Assembly: GCA_035358715.1 (NCBI GenBank)
Contig: DAOPPX010000001.1
Location: 274,412-338,411, forward strand
Origin: Verrucomicrobiota bacterium
GTDB taxonomy: Bacteria > Verrucomicrobiota > Verrucomicrobiia > Limisphaerales > UBA8199
Length of the DNA: 64,000 nt
Direction of reading: 5' to 3'
Shown: one piece after another, positions 1 through 9,348 of the stretch
How positions within the stretch are numbered: position 1 is the first letter of the stretch
How the letters are laid out: each line of letters opens with the position of its first letter
The notes under the pieces: generated by a model
Databases searched by the model: none
What the model saw: only the letters and a program-made list of their open reading frames with translations
What the model was told of the DNA's origin: nothing
Position numbers and translations under genes: made by a program

Positions 1-618
1 CTCGTCTCCGGTGCAGGCAAGGAAGACCGCCATGTCGTGTCCGGTCAGCTCCGCCTTGGTTGGGAGGAATTCCTGTTTCAGGTACGCGTTGAGACTGGCA
101 AGAGTAACTAAGTGCTTCTTGTATGGATTGAAGTGGTTGACGTTCTCTCCAACCAACTGCAGCAAGTCCTTGTCATAGGAAACGACCGCGGCCGATCCGC
201 GCACTGATTTGACGGCGCAGGCAATCAAGTCCTCTGCTTCCATGCCTGGAAACTCATTGTGAGCGCCAACCACGGCGATTCCCAGGTAAGGAAGGCATTG
301 TGCGAGGCGCTCGAGCTGGCGTCCGAGATAGGGAGACCCGCTCTTGCGTTTATAATCCGGCAGCAATTCGGCGCGAAATCCGTCCTGGGGCGAGTCCGCA
401 AAAGCGATGATACGTGCAGGCCGCTGTTTGACCAGTGTTTGAAGCTGGTTGAACGTGCCCACGATTCCCCAGGTGGGCTCGCCGGTGATTCTGGAAGTGA
501 CCTGCTGAGGATTCAGACCGTGGGGACCAGGCATGTAGGCCAGACGGTGAAGGAAGCCGGTCAGGTCCACATAGCAGGTAACCCCGGGCGGAAACGTCGG
601 GCCTTGAGCGATCTTCAT
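1..618 (-). CDS. 5'-3' exonuclease / flap endonuclease (Pol I N-terminal-like); C-terminus runs off the left edge
   Basis: Not in the ORF track (no stop in window). My translation from ATG 616-618: MKIAQGPTFPPGVTCYVDLTGFLHRLAY..GEPTWGIVGTFNQL..IIAFADSPQDGFRAELLPDYKRK..GMEAEDLIACA..VVSYDKDLLQLV. These are FEN/53EXO-type acidic motifs. Confidence 0.8.
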   Translation of the reverse strand, partial: MKIAQGPTFPPGVTCYVDLTGFLHRLAYMPGPHGLNPQQVTSRITGEPTWGIVGTFNQLQTLVKQRPARIIAFADSPQDGFRAELLPDYKRKSGSPYLGRQLERLAQCLPYLGIAVVGAHNEFPGMEAEDLIACAVKSVRGSAAVVSYDKDLLQLVGENVNHFNPYKKHLVTLASLNAYLKQEFLPTKAELTGHDMAVFLACTGDE

Positions 619-621
619 GCT

Positions 622-631
622 CCATTCTAGG
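622..631 (-). promoter_or_regulatory. -10-like motif copy CCTAGAATGG
   Basis: Minus strand reads CCTAGAATGG-AGC-ATG. The TAGAAT hexamer ends 5 nt before the exonuclease start codon. Confidence 0.5.
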
Positions 632-872
632 CCCCCAAGGCGCGATACTGGCATCCTGACAGTCTTTTTCGGGCGGCTCCAACAACCCTTCCACGATCAG
701 CGATCAGCTTTGGCTGTGTTCGTTGATGGCGTTATTTCAACGGAACTACAAAAGCGATATGTGAGCGATGCCGCTCCAAAATCGGGGAACAAGGTGGGCA
801 CACCACACCACAGGATTTTAGTGACAGGCGGCTTCCTGACCAAGCCGGGGATTCACCGCGGCTACCCTCCGT

Positions 873-1145
873 TCAAAGCGTCGTGTATCCGGCAGGGGCG
901 CCACCCCAGACAATCGCTGTCCACCAGTAAAAGAGTTGGTTCACGCACTCGACCTTCGCCAGCGGAGCGAGTGGCAGGTAGATTACATTCACTTCGTCGG
1001 GAAGATAGGCCGCATGAAACGCATCGTTGGTCGCCCAGGCAACCGGACCCGTGCTGAGAACGTAGAGCGGCACGCAAATCGCAAACCAGAGCGCCAAGAC
1101 TTGGGTTCGGCGAGAGAAACACGGCCTGTCGAGCGACGGTTTCAT
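873..1145 (-). CDS. small hypothetical membrane protein (90 aa)
   Basis: ORF with hydrophobic helix VLALWFAICVPLYVLSTGPVAW. TATACT lies 7 nt upstream of the ATG. No recognisable family. Confidence 0.4.
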   Translation of the reverse strand: MKPSLDRPCFSRRTQVLALWFAICVPLYVLSTGPVAWATNDAFHAAYLPDEVNVIYLPLAPLAKVECVNQLFYWWTAIVWGGAPAGYTTL

Positions 1146-1251
1146 TGAAACGAGTATAAGTCCGGGTCTGCGGGTAATCCAGATTTCAGCAGGTTCTGGA
1201 CACTCTCCCCACGCTCCGGGGCGACACGGCCAATCCTATCATAAACGGCGC

Positions 1252-1602
1252 TTAAAGCGTTTTCTTTCCGCTGGCTTTTCTCGCCGCCCATCGGGCCTTC
1301 ATGGCTTCTGACCGGGCCTTCCTGAGGGCGGCCGAAATCTTTCGCTTGGGCTTCTCCTCGGAGCCGGGTGCTTTGGCAGCCTTTCTGGCCATCCTCTTTG
1401 CGACCCCAGCTCGGATGTTTGCAAGCCCCCTCGGGCTCAGTTTCCGCCGCTTTCTCCTTCGGGTTCCACGCTCAGCAGACGCAGGCGCTTCTGCAGGGCT
1501 TCCCAGGATTTGCGCCAAATCCTGCTTCAACGATTGAATCCGCTCCTGAATGTCAGCTGCCCGGCGGAGTTGCTGCGGCGTTAGGCTCGAGAGGTCGTTC
1601 AT
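1252..1602 (-). CDS. small basic protein: coiled-coil N-terminus, Lys/Arg-rich tail (possible nucleic-acid binding)
   Basis: 116 aa. LTPQQLRRAADIQERIQSLKQDLAQIL followed by RRRKRRK..KPKRK..KARWAARK. Confidence 0.55.
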   Translation of the reverse strand: MNDLSSLTPQQLRRAADIQERIQSLKQDLAQILGSPAEAPASAERGTRRRKRRKLSPRGLANIRAGVAKRMARKAAKAPGSEEKPKRKISAALRKARSEAMKARWAARKASGKKTL

Positions 1603-1759
1603 GTTGCCGGCAATCTGATTAGGATGGCCAGGAAGTCAAGCCTTACGCATTCCCAGCCGGGGCGGCATGCTCCACAATGCCGACGATAGAAAAGCAACGC
1701 AGATTACTGTAGCTCTGGGCACCCGGTTGCTGGAATCGACATGCAATGGCGTAACGAGG

Positions 1760-2446
1760 TTACTCTTCCAGCTGTTCCTCGTTCTCAGGTACTTCGCCCT
1801 GCGCAAGGTTAGTCTCCACAACATCGGACGGAATGCTGGCCGCCTTGGCTTGGCCGAGCAACCGTTCCAGCTTGATTTTGCCTTCGGCATGGCCCTTTTC
1901 AGGGTCGTCGATGCCGAAAACTTGTTGCGAGACCAGAAGCTTTTGGACCTGGCGGTCCCAGCCGGCGGTCGGGTCAGGTTCGATAAGGCGCAACGCTTCC
2001 GCTGTGACCTGAATGTCGCGCAGGAGTTGGCGCTGCTCGAGCGTGGGCACAAAAAAGCCAGGGTCGCCCGCCACAACCTTTCCGTTTGCGTTTTCAGCCG
2101 CATCAGGATCGGGCGGTATCACTTGGGTTGCGTCTGCTGCTGCTGCCGTCTGCACAGGCGTCCCGCCGTCCTTTTCCGGACCATTAAGTTCCTGGAGATA
2201 CCAGGCCCCTTCGGCAAGGAAGAAATTCTGGATGTGTTCAGCGGCATCGGCACTTATCCCCGTGATCCGGTCGCCGTCGTAAGTGAACGCGTTGGCCAGG
2301 TGCTCCGCCCCCTGGTCATACAAAGCCAGCACTTCGTCTTTGGCGTACACCTCGACCAGCACGAACGGCTCGTTGATCTCGGCGATGGGCTGGCCCGCTT
2401 GGTTGAAGCGGAAGGTGCCGTTGCTGGTCACGATTTTCAGTTGCAT
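1760..2446 (-). CDS. hypothetical protein (228 aa), acidic C-terminus
   Basis: Long ORF with ATG start in the same orientation as its neighbours. No motif recognised. Confidence 0.6.
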   Translation of the reverse strand: MQLKIVTSNGTFRFNQAGQPIAEINEPFVLVEVYAKDEVLALYDQGAEHLANAFTYDGDRITGISADAAEHIQNFFLAEGAWYLQELNGPEKDGGTPVQTAAAADATQVIPPDPDAAENANGKVVAGDPGFFVPTLEQRQLLRDIQVTAEALRLIEPDPTAGWDRQVQKLLVSQQVFGIDDPEKGHAEGKIKLERLLGQAKAASIPSDVVETNLAQGEVPENEEQLEE

Positions 2447-2456
2447 AAAGTCCTTT

Positions 2457-2467
2457 CCATTTTAAGG
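2457..2467 (-). promoter_or_regulatory. -10-like motif variant CCTTAAAATGG
   Basis: Minus strand reads CCTTAAAATGG-AAAGGACTTT-ATG. TAAAAT lies 12 nt upstream of the 2446 start. Confidence 0.4.
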
Positions 2468-2484
2468 CTGCGTGCCGCCGGTTG

Positions 2485-3639
2485 TTATTTCAGTTGGACG
2501 AGAGTTTCCTTTAGGCCCGGTAGACCCGTGATGCTCTTTGCCAGCGCCGGTTGCTCCTTGAGCGCCTGGGTTACCATGTCCGGGGCCACGCTCGTCATGC
2601 GTTTGAGAAAGACAGCGGCCTGGGCCGGATCCAGGTCCGGCAGATGTTTCAAAATCATGAGCAACCGCGGCTTCGCCGGCCGGCTTTCAAAGACCTGCGC
2701 CCAATTGCGGACCTTGCCAAGAATCGGCCCGGTCTCCTGCAATTCTTCCCGCGCGGCATCCTGCAGATAATGCAATAGCGTGCGCTGGGATTGGTCGCGG
2801 AAAGTGACGTTTTCGTAGCCGATGGTACCCGAGAGATGGTGCAGCAGTTGGCTCCACGGCTCGCCCTTGGGTTCCATGTGCGCCAGGTGTGCATCCGTGT
2901 ATCCCTTGAGGATGGTGTTGGCGTAGTCCCAGGTGCGTGGGGTGGCGTAGGGCTGGACCGCCTCCACCATTTCTTTCGTGAAATAACAAAGGCGCTCGGG
3001 GTTACTGGAGATAAACGAACGAATGCCCGGATGGATGTGGCCGCCCCACTGCAGCCATTCTTTGTAGTCAAAAGTCAGCTCGTGAAGATTGACGCGCGAG
3101 ATGATCGGGCTGGGGATGGGCTGTACCGCCTCGGAATCCTTGGGCCGGTTTCCGGCCAACACGACCCGGTTTTGCTTCGGGAACCGGTAGCTGCCGGTGA
3201 TGCATCGTTTCTGCGTGGCCTGAAAGATCGGCACCTGGGTGCTGGGCGGCACGGTGTTGAATTCGTCAAAGAAGAACACCCAGAGGTCGGGGTCGTTGGT
3301 GGCCGGAAACTCGAAATTGTGGGCGTAGTAAGTGACAAACCCGCTGTTGTTTTCCTTCACATGCTCGGGATGGAGCTTGCGCAGTTCCTCCAGAGGCAGC
3401 ACACGCGGGATTCCTTTGAGTTCGCTGGCGTCATAGCAGGACAGCGGAACCACGCAGAGGTGGGCCTTCAAATCCCCGCAGACATCCTCGACCAGGGCTG
3501 TTTTGCCGACTCCGGGCGGCCCGATGAAGCAGGTGGGCATGTCGATGTCCTTTTGCATGTTTTGCAGCAGGATTCTGCGGGCCGTCGCGTAGCTGATCGC
3601 GCGCTCCGGGAACAACGGCTCTGCCAGGTTCTTTTGCAT
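2485..3639 (-). CDS. MoxR/CbbQ/CobS-like AAA+ ATPase
   Basis: Walker A GPPGVGKT and Walker B VFFFDEFN. VVLAGNRP and the overall layout are typical of the AAA_5/MoxR clade. Confidence 0.85.
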   Translation of the reverse strand: MQKNLAEPLFPERAISYATARRILLQNMQKDIDMPTCFIGPPGVGKTALVEDVCGDLKAHLCVVPLSCYDASELKGIPRVLPLEELRKLHPEHVKENNSGFVTYYAHNFEFPATNDPDLWVFFFDEFNTVPPSTQVPIFQATQKRCITGSYRFPKQNRVVLAGNRPKDSEAVQPIPSPIISRVNLHELTFDYKEWLQWGGHIHPGIRSFISSNPERLCYFTKEMVEAVQPYATPRTWDYANTILKGYTDAHLAHMEPKGEPWSQLLHHLSGTIGYENVTFRDQSQRTLLHYLQDAAREELQETGPILGKVRNWAQVFESRPAKPRLLMILKHLPDLDPAQAAVFLKRMTSVAPDMVTQALKEQPALAKSITGLPGLKETLVQLK

Positions 3640-3661
3640 GTCGGGTGGGGGATCGGGCCGC

Positions 3662-4756
3662 CTAATTCATGCGGCGGGGCATGGCGAGGTACATGAAGTT
3701 GTGCCCCCGCATGACCAGTGGGGATTGAGGGCCCTGAAGATCAAACTTCACCTCATCGTCCGGGCTCTCCTCGAGAGCCTCGGAGATGTAACGCGGGGCA
3801 AACACCGTCGTGAACGAGTTGCCCTTGTAATCCATTTCCAGCGCCTCGTGGAATTTGCAGGTGGTCTGGGACTTGATGACCAAGCGACCCCCCTCAAACT
3901 GCAGATCAACAGTGCCGTCTTTCTCTTCCACCGCAGCGCTGGCTCGCTTGAGCGCCTGCAACAGGGCTTCGCGGCCGATCGTATTCTCCCGCTGCAACGG
4001 CTGGATGAATCGGCTGTAGTTGGGGTAGTTGCCTTCGAGCTTGGAGAATATCAGGCGGTAGCGCCCGTTGTTGGGAGTGGGGGATTCAAAGCCGACTTGT
4101 TTCTCTCCAATGGTGCAGGTGACTTCGCTTTCGCCCGTCAAATGTGCCAGAAGCAGTTTGGCAACGGAGGTGGGGATGATGAACTGCGCGTTTGGGTCGG
4201 AAGGCTCCACTGTCGGTGTGAACTCAACAACCGCCAGGCGCCGGCTGTCGGTCGCGACCACGCGCCCGAGCCCCTCGGAGAAGTGGAGGTAACATCCACG
4301 CAGCACATGCCGATCCTCCTCCACGGCGGCGGCAAAAACCGTCATCCGCAGGGCCCGGCAAAGGGTGCCTTGGTCAACCCGGAATGTTGCGCCCGCAGGG
4401 CTCGGCACGCGCGGGAAGTCCTCCGGCGGCAGTCCTGGCAGCGCCAGTTCAATGTTTTCTGTGGTGAACGCGAGCCCTTTGTCCGAGGTGGATTCTGCCT
4501 GGAGTTCTTGGCCTTGGAGTGTCTTGGCGAACCCCAAGAGTTTGCGGGCAGGCACGAACGCCACTCCCTCCTCCCCTTCGGCCGGGAATGAATACTGCAC
4601 CTGGTTGTTCAGGTCCGAGCCGGTCAGAGTGAGCATCCCGCCCTTGAACTCGATCAGCACATGCGTCGCGGCGGGCAGCGGGGTGCGCGCCGGGATGATG
4701 CCTTCGACCACGCCCAGTGCTTGTTGGAATTCCTTTGCGATGGTTTTGAACTTCAT
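3662..4756 (-). CDS. dnaN: DNA polymerase III beta sliding clamp-like protein
   Basis: 364 aa. MKFKTIAKEFQQAL..MLTLTGSDLNNQV..ends LAMPRRMN. The N- and C-termini and the length are typical of DnaN. It is not in a dnaA/recF context. Confidence 0.8.
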   Translation of the reverse strand: MKFKTIAKEFQQALGVVEGIIPARTPLPAATHVLIEFKGGMLTLTGSDLNNQVQYSFPAEGEEGVAFVPARKLLGFAKTLQGQELQAESTSDKGLAFTTENIELALPGLPPEDFPRVPSPAGATFRVDQGTLCRALRMTVFAAAVEEDRHVLRGCYLHFSEGLGRVVATDSRRLAVVEFTPTVEPSDPNAQFIIPTSVAKLLLAHLTGESEVTCTIGEKQVGFESPTPNNGRYRLIFSKLEGNYPNYSRFIQPLQRENTIGREALLQALKRASAAVEEKDGTVDLQFEGGRLVIKSQTTCKFHEALEMDYKGNSFTTVFAPRYISEALEESPDDEVKFDLQGPQSPLVMRGHNFMYLAMPRRMN

Positions 4757-4783
4757 GCCGTTTTGGTGTTTGGCACCGATGTT

Positions 4784-7700
4784 TTATTCGTCAAACAGCA
4801 GTACCAGGTTCTCCTGAGCCGGTAGGCGACCTGGCACTCGGTGAGCGGCTGTCATGGTCCTTTGCCGGGTGCTCGGCCGGTGGCTTGCGGCGCAACTCGG
4901 AAACAGGTCCAAGGCCAGCTCCAGGTTCTTCCCGTTTACCACTGCTTGAATCCCAGCCGCAACCGCCCGTGGCGGGTCCGGCGGAAGAGTCAGCGTCGGC
5001 CTTGTGAAAACAGGTTCCATCGTCTGTGGCGGGAGGTCCTTGCACCCCGTATCGACCGGCATGAGCTGCGCGGCGTTCTTGTCGAGTTGGTGGCGAAGGT
5101 CCTCTTCCACCACGATGACGGCTTTGGCGCGCTCGGCAGCTTCGATTTCCGCCTCGCGCGCGGCAAATTCCGCCTCGTAATCGAGGTTGGCGACTTTAGC
5201 TGGACGCGCCTCTGCCAGGAGCGTCTGCATCAGCTCCAGCTCGCGCATCTTCTGGTTTTCCGCCATCTCGACCAACTGTTCGTTGGTGCGTTGCGTCACA
5301 TTTCCACTGACCAGTTCGACGTTGGCGTTGTTGCGGCGCAACGCCATCTGGAGCATGGCTTCGTCGATGCTGGCGCGCTGCGGGTGCTGGGTCACCATGT
5401 AGCTCACATCCACCACCGGCGCCTTTTGCTTGGGCCGGGCGATGCGCCCTTCCAGTTGCTGCAAGGGGTAGAAGACGTATTCGGCCTCCGTGACGATAAT
5501 GGCCGACGCCTTGACCAGGTTATTCAGGCTCTCGTTGATGAGCGGCGTGCGCGTCAGGAAGATGGGCGTGCGGGAGCGCACATAGTGTTCGTCGATCCAC
5601 CCGCGGCGTTTGTGTGGCTGGGCCGGGCGCTTCTCGTCCAGCTTCACGAAATCGAAACCTGCTTCGGTGAACATTTGCGCCAGCAGTTCGTAGGTCTTCT
5701 GCTGTTTGGCCGTGACAATGAGGTTCCGCCCGGAAGCCACGATTTCCTGAGCCAGCGCCATGAGCTGTTTGACCTTGGCTTTGAGCGCGATGGCCTGCAG
5801 CTCGGCCATCTGGGTGAACCAATCACGGCGCTGGTTGAGGCTGAACACGGGTTTATCCACGACAAACGTCTGCTTCATGGCCTGCAGGACCTGCTCGTAT
5901 TCGTCGAGAATCTCGTTTTCCAGCGGGACGGCCAGGAAATGACGGCGCACCTCGGGAATCTTCAGCCCCATGCCACGGCTGGTGGCGTGGAGTTGGGCCT
6001 GATGCAGGTATTTCCAGAGCTTGGGCGCGTTGGCCGGCTCGGGCATCTCCTGCTTGCTGTGCCGGCTGGCAATCTTGTTGCCCTGGGGATCATGCACGGC
6101 ATCCCGCGTGACCCGGAAAGTCACGTGCTGCTCAATAAACTCGTTCTGCTGGTCGTAGGCGTAAGGGAATTCAGGCGAGTTGTAGCCCCACAACAGCGTA
6201 AATATCTGCCACATTTCGGCCGGCGTGCGCCGCAGGAGCGTTCCAGACAAAAGATACGTTCTCCGCGTGTGGATGGATTTGACGGCCTCGTAGACTTTGG
6301 ATTCTCCGGTCAGGGAATGAGCCTCGTCGCAGATCTTGGCATCGAACAGGCCCTTGAGCAACCGGTAGGCCGGAAACTGCAGAGCGCTGCGGAAGCCCTG
6401 GTCGCCTTTGCGCGGCTTCTCCTCGTCGCCCAAGGCGGCCAGCAGGTCGGCCACCTCCTCAGTAACCTCTTCTTGGGTACTGTTTTGGACTCGCTGGTAG
6501 CTGCGGGCCAGATAACCGCAGACCCGGCAGTGTCCGTGACGCGAAAAGGTGCCAAATTCGCGCAGGCCGGCGGCGACTTTGCCGCGTTTGACAAACTCGA
6601 CGATTTGTTCCCGGATGGCTTTCCTCGTGGCGCAGCTTAACTGAATCCATTTCCGGTCTTTGCCGAGGTGAAAGAACTTCTGGGCGGCAGCTTCCATGCA
6701 GCGCGGGCACTCCTGGACATGCTGATGAAAGTGGTAAGGGACCCGCTTCACTTCGCCGATGACGACTTGTTCCTCCCGCAACTTGAGAATCTGCTCCTTG
6801 AGCTGCCGCTCGGCATTCTCACGGGTGCAGATCAGGGTGTGAACTCGTTCGTTGCCGTTCTCGAGTTCCTTGAGATCAATCGGGTACGGATCGAAGGCCT
6901 GATTGGCCAGCCCGCCGATGGTCAGGAACTCCTGCGAAATGACGTAGAACTTGGTGTAGTCGAGCTTCGCGCCCCGCTTGACCTCCTCACGCAGCTTCCG
7001 GATGCAGGGCACGCTGCGGATATGGGTCACGTCCAGGCCGAGTTCGTCGCGCAGTTCCTTGATGATCTCGCCCAGAATCTTGCTCTTGGCGATAAAGGCC
7101 ACCCGGCGGGCACCGGCGGCGATGGCGGCGCAGGCAGCGATGCGGGTCTTGCCCGAGCCCACATGATGGGTCAGGACCGCGCCGCGTTTAAGCGAGGCCA
7201 GGCCCGCGTGCAGAATCTGGATGTCGGTCAGCGGCGCTTTGGTGCGGCTCAGCAACTCGATTCGCCGCTTCAACTGTTCGGGGTAAGCCTCCGACAGGGT
7301 TTTGATCTCCGGCGGCGGGAAAGCCTGGAGGACTTCCGCCAGATGCGGATCTTTGCTGGTGATGTGGATGCGGCGGCCGTAGAGCGCCTTGAGCCGCTTT
7401 TTCAGTTCGTCCACTTTGCCGGGGTTGCCCATCGCGGCAGCCTGCTGGATTTGCCGCGTTAGTTCGTATTCATCGGCTTTGATGACCTTGTAACTCTGCC
7501 CGTTCTGCTGCGTGTAAGCATGGATCTCAGCTGGTCTCAACTCGCTGGTCATGGCCAGAGCCGTGTAGGTGCAATGCAGGCTCATCGTGCGCCGGGTGAG
7601 CGCAGCCTTGGCATCGTCCCCCTCCTCGGCCTCCAGAAGCTGGGCTTCGGGCAACTCGATTACCTCGCTGTGCTGGATTGGATAAACATAATAATTCTTG

Positions 7701-8827
7701 CCCTGGAGGAACGCGGGAATGGTCTTCTTGGCGATCTGCAAGGACACGTCCTTTTGAGCGGTGTAATAGCCCGGCTTGTAATAGGCCAAGAGTTGATCGC
7801 CGGTCGGCTTGATCATTGGCACGGTCTGCCGCCGGTAGAAGTCGGCCTGCTTTTCCATTCGGCGCCGGCTTTCCCCGTTGTCCGGAAAATCCAGCCCGAG
7901 CAACTGATAGAGCGCAACGGTCTCCTCGTATCCGATGGCCGAGGACAGCAACGGGTTGCGGATGGCCGTATAAAGGGAGGTCTCCCGCATTTCGACCGGG
8001 TTGTAAACCATCAGTTCCGGCATCAACTTCAGGAAAAAACCGGCCAGTTCGCTCACTTGCGGCACGCCGTTGGTTGGGACCGTAACATTCCTCTGGTCGC
8101 TCAGGTTGAACTGGGTGTCGAGATACTGGAGCGGGATGATCTCGCACTGGCCGGGCGCTGAGGCGAGGTCGATCTTCAGGTTTTCGTGCAAATCCGATTG
8201 CTGGAAATTGACGTAAATTTTGTCAATAACCTCGTCGCTGCTCAAAGCGTGGTGCGGACTGCTGTAGTATTCCGATTCGTACTCCAGTTTGCAGCGGCCA
8301 CCCACGTTGAAGAAATAGGCGTAATCGCGGTTCTGGTAGCGCAGGGTGAAGCTCCCCAGGTGCCCGGGCACCGGCCGAGGGGAAACAATCAGCGGCCGGT
8401 AGCGCTGGTCGAAAAGGGCGAGGGCCTCCTGAGGCTGATCGGTGATGACCAGCGCGTGCGCCGGCAGGCTCATGGTGACCAGACAATTGTCGAGCAACTC
8501 ACGATACGTGGCATAGCGGTCGCCGACCGCCTGGATATTGGCGATCCAATGGCGGCTGAAGGTATCGGCGATGACCGCCTGCTCACGCGTCAAGTAGAGC
8601 GGGTTGAGCGTGACGACACCTGTGTAGGCCTTGTGCAGAGTGTTGACGTCGGTGTATTTCCCCAGGCAGACCGCAATCGAGAGGTTCGGGCGGATTTTGC
8701 GGTAGAGGCGGACGATCAGAGACACCCATTCCTGGTCGGAGACGACGATTCTCCGTTCGGGTTTCTTGGGCTTCTCGGCCTGGCTTGGCTTCGCTGCCGG
8801 CAATGGTGCTTCCAGTAGATCTTCCAT
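4784..8827 (-). CDS. large SNF2/DEAH-type helicase with Cys-rich insertions (1347 aa)
   Basis: Motif I HHVGSGKTRIA and motif II DEAHSL. Zn-finger-like CPRCMEAAA / HCRVCGY lies between them. A C-terminal helicase lobe is present. About 500 aa of N-terminus is unassigned. Confidence 0.85.
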   Translation of the reverse strand: MEDLLEAPLPAAKPSQAEKPKKPERRIVVSDQEWVSLIVRLYRKIRPNLSIAVCLGKYTDVNTLHKAYTGVVTLNPLYLTREQAVIADTFSRHWIANIQAVGDRYATYRELLDNCLVTMSLPAHALVITDQPQEALALFDQRYRPLIVSPRPVPGHLGSFTLRYQNRDYAYFFNVGGRCKLEYESEYYSSPHHALSSDEVIDKIYVNFQQSDLHENLKIDLASAPGQCEIIPLQYLDTQFNLSDQRNVTVPTNGVPQVSELAGFFLKLMPELMVYNPVEMRETSLYTAIRNPLLSSAIGYEETVALYQLLGLDFPDNGESRRRMEKQADFYRRQTVPMIKPTGDQLLAYYKPGYYTAQKDVSLQIAKKTIPAFLQGKNYYVYPIQHSEVIELPEAQLLEAEEGDDAKAALTRRTMSLHCTYTALAMTSELRPAEIHAYTQQNGQSYKVIKADEYELTRQIQQAAAMGNPGKVDELKKRLKALYGRRIHITSKDPHLAEVLQAFPPPEIKTLSEAYPEQLKRRIELLSRTKAPLTDIQILHAGLASLKRGAVLTHHVGSGKTRIAACAAIAAGARRVAFIAKSKILGEIIKELRDELGLDVTHIRSVPCIRKLREEVKRGAKLDYTKFYVISQEFLTIGGLANQAFDPYPIDLKELENGNERVHTLICTRENAERQLKEQILKLREEQVVIGEVKRVPYHFHQHVQECPRCMEAAAQKFFHLGKDRKWIQLSCATRKAIREQIVEFVKRGKVAAGLREFGTFSRHGHCRVCGYLARSYQRVQNSTQEEVTEEVADLLAALGDEEKPRKGDQGFRSALQFPAYRLLKGLFDAKICDEAHSLTGESKVYEAVKSIHTRRTYLLSGTLLRRTPAEMWQIFTLLWGYNSPEFPYAYDQQNEFIEQHVTFRVTRDAVHDPQGNKIASRHSKQEMPEPANAPKLWKYLHQAQLHATSRGMGLKIPEVRRHFLAVPLENEILDEYEQVLQAMKQTFVVDKPVFSLNQRRDWFTQMAELQAIALKAKVKQLMALAQEIVASGRNLIVTAKQQKTYELLAQMFTEAGFDFVKLDEKRPAQPHKRRGWIDEHYVRSRTPIFLTRTPLINESLNNLVKASAIIVTEAEYVFYPLQQLEGRIARPKQKAPVVDVSYMVTQHPQRASIDEAMLQMALRRNNANVELVSGNVTQRTNEQLVEMAENQKMRELELMQTLLAEARPAKVANLDYEAEFAAREAEIEAAERAKAVIVVEEDLRHQLDKNAAQLMPVDTGCKDLPPQTMEPVFTRPTLTLPPDPPRAVAAGIQAVVNGKNLELALDLFPSCAASHRPSTRQRTMTAAHRVPGRLPAQENLVLLFDE

Positions 8828-8831
8828 TTGT

Positions 8832-9344
8832 TCAGCTTTGTGTGGCGGCTTTCACGATGCGCTTCAGGGCGGCGGGGTCGGGCTCGGCAAAGATGCGGTA
8901 GCTCTTGTTCTCCGGGTTGAAGAGGTCGTTCTCCACTTCGCACCAGCCGTTGAGCACCTCCGGCTGCGCCAGAATCAGCTCCTTGATTTTGATCGTGTCC
9001 TTGAACGTGAGTTGCTCGCCGCTCTTGCGGACCAGCCAGATGGCGAGCAGGCCTGCCGCCATGGTCGGGACCAGTCCTGGAAAGAGCAGTTCGTTGGCAT
9101 GGTCAATGCCGCTGTCCATCGCGTGGCGGAACAGCTTCTTGTTCCCGTAGGCGGCGTGCCTGCCTTCGTGCCCGAGGAGGTCGTAGCCCTCCGCGTTCAG
9201 GGGCCTCTCCCCGGATTGGGTCCGGACCAGGACGAAGATGGGGCGAGTCGAGGTCCCGTTCCAGTTCACTCCGGTGAACTGCTGGTTCCGGGAGGCGCTG
9301 CTGACGATGACCCGGTTCCTTTGCTGCGGTAGAGCGCGGATCAC
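8832..9344 (-). CDS. hypothetical protein (170 aa, GTG start)
   Basis: ORF packed between the VWA gene (stop 9349) and the helicase gene (start 8827). No motif recognised. Confidence 0.45.
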   Translation of the reverse strand: MIRALPQQRNRVIVSSASRNQQFTGVNWNGTSTRPIFVLVRTQSGERPLNAEGYDLLGHEGRHAAYGNKKLFRHAMDSGIDHANELLFPGLVPTMAAGLLAIWLVRKSGEQLTFKDTIKIKELILAQPEVLNGWCEVENDLFNPENKSYRIFAEPDPAALKRIVKAATQS

Positions 9345-9348
9345 AGGC

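Noticed and set aside
1667-2770. 367-aa plus-strand ORF. Similar long ORFs occur at 2791-3696, 3638-4591, 4841-6640, 17765-18964, 18974-20116, 24606-25670, 34997-35100, 41584-42816 and 59491-61128.
   Set aside because: All lie antisense to genes with clear catalytic motifs and have Arg/Gly/Leu-rich low-information translations. These are typical shadow ORFs of GC-rich DNA.
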